Shown: piece after piece, positions 1-13,330 of the stretch
Layout of the letters: every line of letters starts with the position of its first letter
How positions within the stretch are numbered: the first letter of the stretch is position 1
Source: Hydrolagus colliei
Taxonomy: Eukaryota
Length of the DNA stretch: 64,000 nt
Direction: 5' to 3'
NCBI GenBank assembly: GCA_035084275.1
Contig: CM068751.1
Coordinates: 5,456,001-5,520,000, forward strand
Notes under the pieces: model-generated
Told to the model about the DNA's origin: nothing
Seen by the model: only the letters and a program-made list of their open reading frames with translations
Database searches by the model: none
Translations under genes and position numbers: made by a program

Positions 1-359
1 TGCCATACAATAGCACATTTGTGCAGCACAATCATAGCAACAGAAGACAGCAAAAGGTCAACCACAAATAATTGATGCTGGTGATTAATGGAAGCAAGTT
101 GGTCTTTACTAGAAGCCACTCCCCGCTTTTCGAAGTCTGGGTGTAAAATCCAGATATGTCACACTAGTCAGAGGCTTGACCCGCGTGTAATTTGAATGAT
201 GATTCAATATGCTGATAAATAACACGACTTGTAAGGCAGCACCTGTTTTTCTTTCTTTTAAATAAATCACTGACGCTGCTGGTGGGACCAATGAGATATT
301 TATTTGACATGTAAACGTAGCTGACATCAAAAATGATTGAAGCCCTTGATAGTTAAGGT

Positions 360-776
360 ACATCTCGTTGCCATCACTTTCAAGGCCTCGCTTCCACCTA
401 TCTGCTGTCTCCCTATCAACATGTCCGTCCCCTATCTTCAGTGGGCTCTGGCCTGCTCTATGTCCCCCGCCCGAACCGCCTTAACATCGGTGGCCCGGCT
501 TTCAGCCTCTCTGCCCCCACACTCTGGAACTCCATTCCGCAATCCCTTTACCTCGCTTCCTCACTTTCCTCCGTCAAGCAGTCTTAAGACCTTCCTCTTC
601 GACCGTCCCTTCTGCTCCCCTCCTAATCTCTACCCCCTTTCCTACTTTCCTTCCCCCAGCCCCTACCCCGACCCTTCCCCCACCGCTCGGGTTCCGACCC
701 GACTGTTCAGCGCCTTGGGACGTCCTCCCAACATGAAAGGCACTCTATAAATGTAATTTGGTTTTTGTTGTTGCTG
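360..776 (+). mobile_element. L2 LINE 3' fragment, tail type A, (TTG)n end
   Basis: Encodes a decayed L2 ORF2 C-terminus (AFSLSAPTLWNSIPQS...KTFLFD). Followed by a C-rich 3' region and the tail GTTCAGCGCCTTGGGACGTCCTCCCAACATGAAAGGCACTCTATAAATGTAATTT...GTTGTTG shared with other copies in the window. Confidence 0.9.
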
Positions 777-1027
777 CACAAAATCTCTGGGTAAAGAAGA
801 AAAAATCACCCTCTGATCTCTATTTCTGATCGCTATTTCACAACCTCTACTACAAAGTACACATGTGTTGATGTCAGTTTGGGATGGGATCTGATTTAGC
901 ATGATATCACCCATGGACAACCTAATTAGACCCACTGCCCGGCCTGACAAATAAGTAAAATATCCACCTGGCTAAGTTACCAGATAGTGATTAGCACCCA
1001 TTAAACCATACCCCAAGCCAGAATCCT

Positions 1028-1336
1028 GGAGTTCTATAGCTCAGCGTTTAGTGCACTCACCTTGCAATCAAGAGACCTGGGTTTGATTCCAGGCAGAGTA
1101 AAACCCTGCAAGTTTCCTCACTCCACACTCCTGATAATAATCCCTCAAGAAAAAACCCAATAATAAATTGGCCACTTCAATCCATGACTGTTTGTGGGAC
1201 ACGGCTGGTTACAATCAGCTGCCGCGTTTTGCCCACAAATATACAGTCAATTAGCTTTACAGTATATTCCGTGAAGCGCTTTGAGACATCTGGAAGACGT
1301 GAAAAGCGCTATATCAAAGGCAAGGATTATTATTAT
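1028..1336 (+). mobile_element. Full-length tRNA-derived SINE with Deu-type core and L2-like tail
   Basis: tRNA-like head (TAGCTCAGCG A box, GGTTTGATTCC B box), core GACTGTTTGTGGGACAC...GCTGCCGCGTTT, tail GAAAAGCGCTATATCAAAGGCAAGGATTATTATTAT. Aligns by eye with copies at 47731 and 55430. Confidence 0.9.
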
Positions 1337-1803
1337 GTAATCAGCACCTTTAGGAAAAGTAAAGGTGAGAAACTTTGCCCCAGTATGTGGAAATATCATG
1401 AGGGCTTGTGTCAATGTGTTCAGTATACACTCAAAATGCAGCCACAGTAGCAGAACAAGGATAGTCAATCTAGCACAAAAACAGTACATCCATTGACTGG
1501 TAAAGGGTACAAGAGAGCATTTCATCCCTGTATTTGTGCTAGATTTCTACACAGTACATGAAAGAGGACCCAAATTTCCCCCAATTAAGGCAGGTTTCAA
1601 AACAGGCCCCAAAGATTAATTAAGGGACTATCTTCTCAAGTACCACATACCCCACTAATCCTATGAGACAAAATATAAAATAGGCGGTTGAATTGTACGT
1701 GTTTCAATCTGCGGCCTTCAGTAATTCAAAGACATTTTGCATCTTACAAATAATATTATGAAACATATATCAGTTCAGTGTATAATGCTTCCGAAACGGA
1801 TGA

Positions 1804-2330
1804 CAAACAAACAAACAAAACTTACATTTATATAGCGCCTTTCACGTCGAGAGGACATCCCAAGGCGCTGTACAGTCAGGTAGGACAAGAGCAGGGTGGG
1901 AAGGATCAGGGCAGGATAAAGCATAGTAGGAAAAGTAACTGTATATTAGTGGGCGAAACGCGGCAGCCAAATTGCGCACAGCAGTGTCCCACAATCAATC
2001 ACGGAAGTGGGACTAGGGGCAAAAGGGGGTAAAGAAGCAAAAGGGGAGGGGTCGAGGCAGGGGGAAGAAAGGCAGGAAAGTCGACTGTATATTTGTGGGC
2101 GAAACGCGGCAGCCAAATTGCGCACAGCAGTGTCCCCACAAACAATCGCGAAAATGGGGCCAGGGGAGAAAGGAGGAAAAGAGGGTAAGGGGGGAGAGGG
2201 AGGGAAAGGTGGGATGGGTTAGTGTTAGGGAGGAAGAGGGGGGAGAAAGGGGGGTAAGGAAGAGAGGGAGGGAAAGATGGGTGGGGGCAAGATCAGGAAG
2301 AGGGAAGAGGGAGGGAAGGGGAAAAGGGAA
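1804..2330 (-). mobile_element. Composite retroelement: L2 type-A tail plus two tandem SINE cores in purine-rich sequence
   Basis: L2-A tail at 1804-1900. The block ACTGTATATT(A/T)GTGGGCGAAACGCGGCAGCCAAATTGCGCACAGCAGTGTCCC occurs twice about 145 bp apart (about 1938 and 2083) and is the reverse complement of the SINE core. Confidence 0.8.
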
Positions 2331-5156
2331 ACATCAAACACCAGAGATTTTGTCTGCCTAAATGACCTTTGTGTCCTTGTTTTCATTCAGTCATTAGATC
2401 CATCAATGATCTGTCCTTCAGTCATTTCAGATAGCTTTAGTCATCTAAATGACATGTTTCAACGAGTATAATCAAAGCTGGCATCATGTGTACTTCTCTC
2501 AGCAACTCTTACACTTGCTCAAATATTCAAGGCAGCAAGCAAGCTGTCATTTTGGAATGAGGAATCAGGCTGTCACTGTTATTAAGTAAAAAATATTTAT
2601 CGTGTTAGCATAAACAGTTTAGCTTCCAAAGTGTAAATGTGTCAGAATTTTCCATCAGTCACTGGTGGCCAAATTGATGTTTCTGTGCATTATTCCACAA
2701 ACTCATGGCCATCATGAAAAACGCTTTAAAATATTGACATCCACAAACCAATCTGAAATTGAAGCTATCCTTGAGGAAGAGATGGGACTTATTCATCACC
2801 TCTTAATTCAAGTGTGGTGGTGTGTGCTGATACATTTTAGCTCATAGCATTCCAAGGTTATGAATGGGGGGGTGGGGGTTAGAGGCTTTCACAAAGAGAA
2901 GGTTTATACCAATGGGCATGTGTCAGAAAGGCAACGTGTCATCTTGTGGAGCCACCTCAGTGTGTTAAGTTGACAGCTCCTCAAAAGAATTTAATTGAAC
3001 AAATGTTGACGCTTTTTATCTACAGTAATTTACCGTCACTCAAATTTGATGATTTTATTTTATGTTTATAACATATCCAATTTTCACATTTACAACAAAG
3101 AAACGCTGATGTTTTTTCCCTCCTGTTGATCATTGCTGATTTGCTGCCAGCTGTGTAGATGGAACATCCTCTACAATTTGATACCTCTCATTGTTCTAAT
3201 AAGAGCAACAGCACTAATCTAAAAGTGGAATAAAAGTATCACTTCCCTGGGAGGTTTTACAACAGCCTTAGAGTTATCCAGCTCAGAATAACTTCCTCCA
3301 AACTTCTGCTGCTTCACAGCCACATTAATCCCTGTGGTTTCACTTGATAACTAGGATTAAAATAATAAATTTATAGCAACTGGTGCCATCCATGACAGGA
3401 TAACTTGCTAACTCCACCATCTCCTACTTATGAGCAAAGCCCATTGCTCTGCATGTGACACTGGGCCATCATAACACATCATTATAACACAAGAAAACAG
3501 GCAAGAATGTAATCCTAATCAGCAAATAATTTGATTTCTATATTAAATAGCCACAGTTCTCAGTCCAGCTTCAATACCAAGTTTCAGATGGTCTTGTCTC
3601 CATTCACATAAGGACCACCAACAAAGAGAAATGGAAATTTGGATAGCATGTCTGTAACATCCCCCTGAGTGTCTGGCCACCTCCATCCCTCTGTTTACAG
3701 TATCATTCTGGCACAGAGAGTGGGAGGAAGCCCAACAGTGGTTCTCTGTTCGATGACCTCTTTGATCATTCGATTATCTGTCCAAACACACCACACAGAG
3801 TTGAAATATGTGGTAGCAACTCTTGATGTGAATTATTCACTCATTCGTATGCAAAATGTCAGTGGGGCAATCATTTTAACAACATAGCTTTTTGTAATCC
3901 CCTTCCTCTCCCAAAGGTATTGATCGATGTTAGTTTGACGGCATTCTCTCTCCAGATCTTCACTCAAATGGCTATTCTTCAAGTGTGTGTCCAGATAATG
4001 AGTGTAGACAGGGGATGTGATGGTGCAAAGAAGTTTAATTTTATCCTTATCCAACAACAAAATGCACAATTACATCCTAGCAGGATAAACAAATAACAGT
4101 TAGGCATTGGAGTCCTGACTGATTTGCCCCCTCCCTATACTGAAGCACTGAAAGCAATGGCTACAGCATTACTAGCACCCCAACTGAGACCACTAGCTCA
4201 AATTCACACTGGGCAAGTAAGCTAATATTTTTTTCAAGAGATTTTAAAGTACACCCTTTGGCAGATGCTTCCAGATGATCAGATCAATTAAATTCATCCA
4301 TTTAAACTCACGAGAGCTAATATTGGTGGAAAAAGAGAGTCCAGAAAGTTACACTGCACCAGTGACATGCTCCTGGCACTTCATCAATTTTGTTGCCAGC
4401 AGACATCATGATTACAGCGATAGGGAGGAAATAAATGGCTGCTTTATGTTTTACTGTACCTTACTGCAACCTCCCACAGTGTTGAAACTGGTGACCTCAG
4501 AGGTGTGAGACACCCCCTTACTGTAACAGCACTGACTAAACTCTGTTGTGGTTTTCTGTTTGATTCTGTGGCTTTGTGAATGTAAAGAAGCTTCTCTCGC
4601 TTCCATTGATTCATAGTGGCGTCTGCATTTCAGAGACCGACACATATTAACTCTGAAACCATTGGAACATATTTGGTAATACAGTATATGTATATATTTA
4701 AAAATCCCACAGAAGGGGAAAAAAACAGAACTGAAGTAATACAAATACAGTACATAATTTCTGATTCAGCTAACTTCTATTAAGAGATATTTAGCTAAAT
4801 GTTTATTTTTAATTTTGTACAAATTTATGGTACAAATGCACCTCGACTTGTGTGATTGAATACCAATTGTACGCAACAAAACATCACATCCTAATTTTCT
4901 TTTTAAAATATGTTTTCCTTTCGACTGGCTATTAAATGAGAGTGGCTTGGTATTTCTTTGCAGGATTTTTAAATTAAAAAATCCAAGTTGTATCATGCAA
5001 ACAGGGACCAGAAGTTTACCATTCCAGAATCATCATCCTATTATCTTCCTGCTACAGCATCAAACTGTTTCTTAAATATGTCCAGTGACCTATGTTCCCC
5101 AGTATTCTATTCGTATAACTCGTTTGTCTCCGTCACAAACTTATATGTAGACACAT

Positions 5157-5586
5157 CAGTGACGTGCGTTGGGTATAATAACAGGGTAGGCACTTATGAT
5201 GTCAGTCATAAAGCCATGCCACCAAAGGCAGCAGCAGACTCTGCCTTTTTCCCAGTCAATTGATAGAAAGAGGAAAGGCATCGGTAGCTTGTGCCTATTT
5301 CACCCGTTACTGAGACACTGAGAAAGGAACGCGCATGCGCAACGGAACTACATTCAACTCAATGGGTAAAAAAGGCACAGCGTCTCGCTGCCTTTCTGTT
5401 GCTTTTAAGGTAGGCATATCAAATCACAGTTACACAATTTTGGTAATTTCTACTAAAAAATTGTTTGCATTATGTAAACTGTGCATTGTGATAATATAAA
5501 GCATTAAATAATCATCTAGAATTTAAAGCTTTTATTTTCATAAGGTAGGCACTGCCTACCCTGCCTACCCTGACTGTACATCCATG
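5157..5586. mobile_element. Non-autonomous hAT-like DNA transposon
   Basis: 8-bp target-site duplication AGACACAT/ACACACAT (7/8 match). Degenerate ends CAGTGACGTGCG...TGTACATCCATG. Repeated subterminal GGTAGGCA/TGCCTACC motifs and an internal inverted repeat. Confidence 0.65.
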
Positions 5587-5635
5587 ACACACATCTACAA
5601 GCATTAGGAATCTAGGGAGTTTTTTCATAGAAATA

Positions 5636-6012
5636 GCAGCCTCAGCCTGGTTGAGTTGGTAGCACTCGTGCCTTGAGCTCACATAGTCTAGACTCACACT
5701 CTACTATAGTACAAGGGCTTTGCTGTATTGCTGGAGGTGCTGCCTTCTTAATGTAAGGTCCAGTTTGCCAGTTCTGTTCGGTGTTCAAAATTCTATGGCT
5801 TGAAAAGAGTAATTAGTGTTCCCTGGTGCCTTAGCCAACAATCACCCCCCAAAAATCGTTCATTTGCTTCACAGGGGCACAGCTATTTGTAAAATGATTG
5901 TGGCGTTTGCCTCCAAGGTACACAGTCATTACCCTTTACAATAACTGCAATACACAGTAGACCCTGTGAAGGACTTTGAAATGTCCTTGCAATATTAAAA
6001 GGCGCTGTATTG
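5636..6012 (+). mobile_element. Old, diverged DeuSINE
   Basis: tRNA-like head relic, Deu-domain motifs GGAGGTGCTGCCTT and CCCTGGTGCCTTAGCCAAC, tail TGTGAAGGACTTTG...AAAGGCGCTGTAT. Confidence 0.65.
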
Positions 6013-7429
6013 ATTTTTCATTAAAGGTACGTTTTCTGAGACTGTTACCTGGCCTCCTTCTGCAACAACAGTTTCTGCCGAACTCCCAACAAGTGGTAAG
6101 TGCTTACTGTGTGTCTGGCTGTTTTATATGTCTCGGGGTAGATCAAACATTTACCAAACTACCAATTGAAAAACTAGTGAGACCTTTGAACTAAAAATAA
6201 TTAAATAAATTTGGTGTGTTGCAGATCACCACTTCTGTGAGGCAGTGTGAGGCCTGATAGTCTATTTGTGTCAATCGGGCACAGAATTTACCAAAAAAAA
6301 ATTGTGGCGGGTGGGGTTGGAGGGGGGGGAAATGTTGCCGGTGCAATTTCCCTTTGAAATAAATGCAAACTTTTGTTCATATTTGCAAGTTAAGTTTTAT
6401 TTATTTTTGGTGTTTGCTTCTTTACTCCTTTGAGCTGCTGTGCACAAGAATCATTTTTTTTTAAAAACAACTAGGATGTAAAAGGAAACAGTTTTGCTCA
6501 AAAATGAAGTACAGCCTTCTGACCTGGCAGGAAGAGAGTGATTTAGGTGAAAAGTAATACACTCTGTTTCAATGGCTTTTAATACCCTGGTGTACATACT
6601 GTATTGCAAATGAATAAGAAATAAGCACAGCAGAAATGAACTGACAGCACGATGCTGTCAGTTCAAGGTATCTGTAGCCTGAGTCTCAAAGCTTAAGGGG
6701 AAACAAAATCCAGGAGAGCGCAGTTACGGTGTTTGATCAAAGAGGTTCATCTCATACATTTAAATAATGCTGATCGATGATGACTGGCATAAAGATGGAT
6801 AAATGTGCTGCAGGAAGCAAGAATGTAAACTTTGAATTTGAGCCATTTGAGCAGGCTACATTAAACTCGGTTGTGTCCATTTTATTTCCACTGGGAGTTG
6901 CAATTTCGACACTTGATGCATTGTGCGCACCCTTGTTGGAAATGTGCTGCATCTATCTTTGAGCTACGCACAGAAACATCGTGGATATGTTTCTTGCATG
7001 TTATGGCTGAGCGGTGCATTCTAATTGGATGACAACATTCACAACACTGCCATTGAAAATGTTTTTGATGGAAAGTTATGTAAACGGACAAAAGTAGAGA
7101 ACAAGCAATAAAACCAGGGGAGGAATTTGGACTGCTAAAGACCGTCAAGATCTTTTGGCTGAAAATCGGGTACAGTTAAACATGAAGATTTGTTGCACTG
7201 AGTAAAGAATACTTTTATGATAATACTGTACTCCTCAATATCTAGGAGAGAATACATTGAGTAGCAACAGCTTAATGCTGTGATAGGAGGACGCTGTGAT
7301 GGGTATTCTGGAAGGATGAGATCAAGTGAGCCAAAATGCCTTCTTCATCCAAACCTGGCTAATGATTCTGTGGTCTTATGAGTAAAATATTCTCCCTCTA
7401 GACTTTTTTGTCTTTCAACAGAATTACGG

Positions 7430-7580
7430 ATCAGAAGGTTCCAGTATCAATTCCTGGTCTGTGCTGAGTTAATTTATCTCGACGAAGCCATTTGATACAG
7501 AACTACAATGTTGACACACTGAGCTGGAATGAGTTCCCAGTCCTCTTCGCTATTCATTGACCCCGTTGGAACGTAAGCCC
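7430..7580 (+). mobile_element. Unclassified ancient interspersed repeat fragment (SINE-like)
   Basis: CAGAAGGTTCCAG...CCTGGTCTGTGCTGAGTTA and GTTCCCAGTCCT..TCGCTATTCATTGACCCC resemble a repeat I recall from shark DNA. Not verifiable within this window. Confidence 0.3.
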
Positions 7581-9449
7581 GTAATAGTAACTGGGTGTCT
7601 ACGAGACGCTCTACACAATTAAATGGCCACTTAATACACAATTGATGATTGACTAAAAGGTGTAGTAGTGCGGGAATGCCAGTGCCCTTGAACCTGTTGC
7701 CCTAACACCATTCAGTGCCTGGAGCGGGAGAAGGAGAAGGAAAAGTTGGCAATACATAATGCTCCCCAGAGAAATATTCACAAAGTAGTTGAACAAAAGA
7801 TAGAAGATGGTTACAGTGATATACACAAATCACTCGGATTAAGAAACAGGTTAGCCCTGATAGCCTGTAAATATCTTTCCATGGAGCACTGACAGGATGA
7901 AGTATTAAGTAGAACCCTCCTATTGCCATAGGAGTAAGTTAGGTGATTGTTTACATCCAATTTTGTAATTACAACCAATCTACCTTTAGTGGGTCGAGTT
8001 TTTACCTTATCCTTGTGCTGTTGTTTGCTTTGCATAAAGATAAAGTAGATACGTTCCTCTAAAGAGGCAACAAAGTCCTTTTAACAGTTATGGAGTGTAC
8101 TGGAGCTTTATAGTCGCTAAAAACATTACTTTAGGAAACTTGAGAACTGAACATTTATATGGCAAAGATTAATATAAAATTTACAGTATGTCAGATCCTA
8201 GACAAAACTGAGTCAGCCAGACTGTGGTACAAACAGTTCTGTACTAATCCTGCCCTAAAAAAGCATGTTAGACTGTTCATGAAAAAAACATTTTCCAGGA
8301 CTCCTAAATTATTGTGACTGGCAGTGGCTGTGGTACAGTGTATCCAATCATGTAGTCAGTTATTAGTCTTGCTCTTCTAGGAAAGTCAAGAATACATATT
8401 CAATATGACTCTGAATTGTTTTGTAGGTTCAATTCAATAATTACTTGCATTTGAAACCTCACAAGATTCAATTTTATCTTTCGTTTGTACAGTAATTCCC
8501 TCCACACTCATCCTTAACAGTAGTGTGTCTATCTGTTTGTTTCTCTGCCTGTACTGGAGTTTGATTAGTCACCAATATACAGGTAATACAATAAGGCTGT
8601 CTAGGAATAATACACATTTCCATCTGAATCAGAGGACCCTGTTTTACGTAAAAGTATTTGGCAAATCCTTTTCTTCATTGGCCAAAGACTAATGTGGTAT
8701 TGAAATGCGTCACTGCAGAGCTAGAACTTCATTATCGCTTGCTCGTGAAAATGCAACAAAAACAACACAAGAGTTATGTTGGCTGTTCTGTCTCCCTGGG
8801 TGCCCCTCCAGAACTCTGCAGCTTCAGATATTTATCTGAGAGAGTACTATTTTGTTCGCCAGACTCCTTGAAAAAGGAATGTAATTTATTTTTGATACAG
8901 GCCACCTCACTGCACATGGTTTATGTGACCAACAATCCATACTTCATCTTGATTAGATGAACGAACTTGATGGCAATGTTGTGTTAGAACTATAGCAATG
9001 AATAAAACATCTTCACAACATCAAAGTTCCAGATGCACTCTTCAGATATACTCATCTCTGCCTATTTGCCTTTTATTTAATTTGTGACTGATTTCTAAAG
9101 AGCAGCAAACCAGGATCATTTGCTAAGGCAAATAATGATTTGAAACGGATCTATCACTGGTCATACTCTAAAGCTTTGGGATTTACAACCTCTTAAAATA
9201 TGTAAGTGCTTTATTAAAATAGTGAGTAATAAGGCTTCATCAATTCAGTTAGCTTGAAGGCTGAAACAACGTGGGTAGGCATAAAATAAATGTAGGTCAT
9301 ACTTGTTGTGGGAAGCTTTGAAAATGTGCAAACTGAGATTATCAAACACTCCGTGGGACAAAGTAATTCTGTGATTCATGGGAGAGAGACAATTGGATGA
9401 ATGTTGTTTGTGGGGAGAAGCACTGAATAATAGAAATCTGGGGATGAAT

Positions 9450-9528
9450 GAATAATAATAATAATACAATATTTGCATTTGGTATTGTGGCTTTCATGTC
9501 TGAAGGACGTCCCAAAGCACCTGACAAC
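9450..9528 (-). mobile_element. L2/SINE 3' tail fragment
   Basis: (AAT)n followed by TTGCATTTG...CTTTCATGTCTGAAGGACGTCCCAAAGCAC, the reverse complement of the shared tail. Confidence 0.7.
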
Positions 9529-10389
9529 ATTCACTGTGGAATGACTGCATATTTGCCAGTTGTTGTTGCTGTTATTGTTGTTGATCCAATGGTTTTGTGT
9601 GTGTGAGGCCCGGCGGGGAGGGGAATGGATAGTGGATGTTTAATTTCCCAACAGCGACATTGAGAAACACACAGCTCACAAAGAAAGAGATGATTTTACA
9701 TTTCCCTCGGGATCGCTGTTACACCATTGAGGTAACTGCCCACAGAATCTGGCAATGGGGGTCATTGTTCTTCATCTTGTATTCCTATCGGGTCCACTGA
9801 CAGGCTAAGTGCTGTGTGTCCGGTTATAAAAGCCATAATATTTGTAGCAATAGACTTATGGATTTACCCCAGCGCCGTCACCCAGAAGCAGAGAGTGTGT
9901 AATTGCTATCGCCAGTTGAAGTAAGTATAAGGAGCTCAGGGCGTTTCCTTTCATTAATAAAGTGATTAGTCATTCAGGTGTGTTTACTTTTAAGTTTCTC
10001 CAGGGAATCTTGCAACAGTGACCTAACTGTAACAGAATCTGCACCTGTAACCCGTTGGACTTTGTCCCACACCACAACCATACGGTGAGCACTGAAACTG
10101 GAGCCTCGGCGGTTCACCATTAATTACAGTTCCGTTTGTCACGCAAAGAAATCTGTGCAAACGTTGTGGCGGTCACCAAAGTGCAGATGGATCCCATGGC
10201 TTTGCGTGCACAGAGCGCGTCTCAGGTTTTTGTGAGAATGATTGTAAAGGGGCAGTTGCTTCTGGAACGGCAGTCTGCTGAGTGCAGGGTGCAGCTTATG
10301 AACTTTAAGTTTAAAACAAAATCATTTTCCACCAGCTGTAGTTATACTGCTCTGGTGCACACGTCTAGTGGGGTGGGACCATCTTTCTG

Positions 10390-11081
10390 AGCCTATTCCA
10401 AGTGTCTGGTCTTCCCGGGCCTGGACTCACTGAGTGATTAGTCTCCCCCTCCCCCACACTAGCCCAGCGGGCTAACCATGGCTCGCTGACCCCCTCCATC
10501 TGCTCTCAGGTCCCAGCGCGCGCATTCTGGCTGCCGTAATCCACCCAAGCTGCTTCCTCAATATGCCCCCGTCCCTGTCCCCAACCCTCCATTAGTCTCA
10601 ATCAACCCTCTTCTCTCGCTGAACACCTCGACTCCTATCCCTTCTGGACCCGTCCCACAGCCTCCCTCTGCTCCACTCTGCATGTTCTCCATCGCGCGCA
10701 CCACGGCAGACGCCGCTGGCTGTTCCGACAGCACCCACCCTGACTGCCCCATCTCCCACTCCCACCACAAAGTCCATCGGCCCCCTTCCCTGGGGGCCAA
10801 CCTCTCCTCCCTCCAACCCTATCCTAACCCTCCCCATCAACCCTCCCCCTCATCTCGCCCAATCCCCACCCTCCTAAAGTCCCTCTGTCTCGCCCTCTCC
10901 CTGGCCTCCTTCAAGTTCCACCTCAAGACTCTCCTCTTCGATGGTCCCATCAGTAACTCCTAATCCACCCTTTTCCTCCCACCCCATGTTTCCAGCTCAG
11001 GTCTGAAGCAGCAACTGTCTAGTGCCTTGGGACGTCCTCCTGACGTGAACGGCGCTATACAAGTATAATTTTGTTGTTGTC
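10390..11081 (+). mobile_element. L2 element: clear 3' end (10872-11081) joined to a probable L2 5' region
   Basis: The 3' part encodes SLCLALSLASFKFHLKTLLFD and ends in tail A with (TTG)n. The upstream C-rich, CpG-rich segment has ACCATGG at 10475 and in-frame LLSLN and GANLSSL motifs. The 5' boundary is approximate. Confidence 0.7.
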
Positions 11082-12423
11082 TGTCCAGTGTCAGATCGGT
11101 AGAGTTATTTGATCTGCAAGGTTTGTATTAGAACACTATGAAAATGTAGATGAGTCCAGGACATCAACTCTTGTTTTTCAAGGTTACTGGCATAATTTGT
11201 TGAGTCTAAACTAAAAATTGTCTCACAACACGGTTTTCTGCAGTTTTTCTCCTGCAAATCAAGACTATGTTATCAAAATTCTGGAAGAGCAAAACATTTT
11301 TCATTTTGTGGGAATATACAACGAGCTAAAAGTTACACAAAGCGTTTAATTCTGAACAAGATTACATTTCACACGTTCAGGAGAGAGGGGTTATATTCAT
11401 TACACTGATCAAAGTACAAACTAACATCTAACTTTTAAATCCTTCTAAAGGATTAAAAGGATCCTAATCCTTTTAAAACTGTTATAAGGAGCCGACTGTT
11501 TTCGAAAGCCAGGTAAACTTACATAGAAAGTGAATTGTGACGTTGAAAGTCTGTCAGGTAAACCAGGCGTGACTCCTGTGTAACAAAGGTGATGCTCTTT
11601 CCTTTTCATTCCCCTGTTTGTAAGTGCAAAGACCCGAGGCATTTTGGTAACAAACAGTTAGATCTCTGATTAACAACAGCACCGACACTTCCCATATACT
11701 GGAGGGCCATGTTTGTTAGGCGCGATGAGGTATTATATCACATGCAAGTACTATGCCCTTTGCGTGACTAAATTAAAACATGAACAGGGGTTCAATTAGA
11801 ATTTCGTTCAAGTTAGCTCATGCTTCAGCTACAGAGATACAACAGCGTTTTAACCCCCTGAGTGCTGGCCTCTGGGAAACCGTTCAGCTGGTCAAATTTT
11901 CCAAAGAGCTATTTCAGTAATGAGAGAACGATTGCACTGCTGAATATCACGATTTGCTGCTCTGTCGGTTCAGTGGAATCCAAACCATTTGATGGAGCTC
12001 CGACCAGCATCAATATCACTGTATCAGAAAAGCGAGAACATGTGTGTGAAGAAACCTTTAACATTGAGCCTTGAATGGCTCTGTTCCAGTTAGTCCCTCT
12101 GTTGTTACAAGCTAAGAATTCATCCCCCAAAGAAATACATTTCCAACATTTTTATTGGTAGCAAAGTACAGAAGCTGACAATTCAATCACATCTGGTACT
12201 GTATGACTCACATATGCCACTCAGTGATGGTCTCTGTATATGTGTACGGTAAACTGGGAAAGCCACCATGACTAAAGCATTGATGTCTGGGAGCTGTTCA
12301 AACTGATAATCAAACAAGCGTTCATTTTTCTAGTTTCTCAAATGGTATTTCTATAATACAAAAACAGTTTGGTTAAAAGAAAGGGAGTAGGACTAAATGG
12401 ATAACTGGTTTAGACATCTAGAC

Positions 12424-13075
12424 AACACCAACAACAACAACTTGGATTTATATAGCGCCCTCCATGCCGGACGGCATCTCAGAACGCTTCCCAATAAAGG
12501 ATCCCGGGGCCGAGCCAGGGGGAGGGGGAAAAAGGTGACCAACAATGCGGTCGAAAAGAGAAGTCTTTAGCCGAGACTTGAAAATAGGAAGAGGGGGCGA
12601 GGCGAAGGGAGTGAGGAAGGGAGTTCCAGAGCCTCTGGAGATAGTGCCTGAAGGAGCGGCCACTGATGGTGGAGCGGAAGATTCAGGGGACAAGGAGGAG
12701 GCCAGACCCGATAGAACGAAGGCAACGGGTGCTGTTGTGAGGAGAGCGGAGGTCAGAGAGGTAGGGGGTGCAGAGGAGTGGAGAGATTTGAAAACAAGAG
12801 TGAGGATCTTGAAATCGATCCTCTCCGAGACAGGGAGCCTGTGCAGTCTGGCAAGGACTGGGGTAATCGGGGAGGGGAGTTTAGCATGGGTGAGAATGCA
12901 GGCAGCAGAATTCTGGATAATCTGGATTTTATGAATGCTAGTGGAGGGGAGACCTGCGAGGAGGGCATTGGAATAGTCTAGCCGAGCGGTGACAAAGGCA
13001 TGGACCAGGGTTTCAGCAGCTTTTGGGGTGAGATATTGGTGGAGACGGTTGATGCGTCGAAGATGGAATAAAGCC
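12424..13075 (-). mobile_element. L2 LINE 3' fragment, tail type B
   Basis: Minus-strand translation gives LVHAFVTARLDYSNALLAGLP...QNSAACILT...ITPVLARLHRLPVSERIDFKILTLVFKSLH, typical L2 ORF2 C-terminus. Tail GAGATGCCGTCCGGCATGGAGGGCGCTATATAAATCCAAG(TTG)n. Confidence 0.92.
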
Positions 13076-13330
13076 CTCTTCAGGCCTCTTCAGGACTTTG
13101 AGTATCTGAAAGGGTTCTGACACTCAAAGTCTCTGAGTCACTGAGAGCAACCAAGTCATTATTTTTGATGACATATATTAGGTACATTCTGTTTATATCA
13201 ATATTTGCGTGCCAAACCATTTCCAGACATAGTTCAGGGTCTGAGAGCCTTGTGAGGTAGGGAGTGAGATAAGGAACAAGTTTTGTTTGGCAACTTTATT
13301 GCCGTGTCCTGGACGATATCGATCTAATGG

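Noticed and set aside
13253-13275. TGAGGTAG, a let-7 seed match
   Set aside because: The rest does not match let-7 and there is no hairpin partner.
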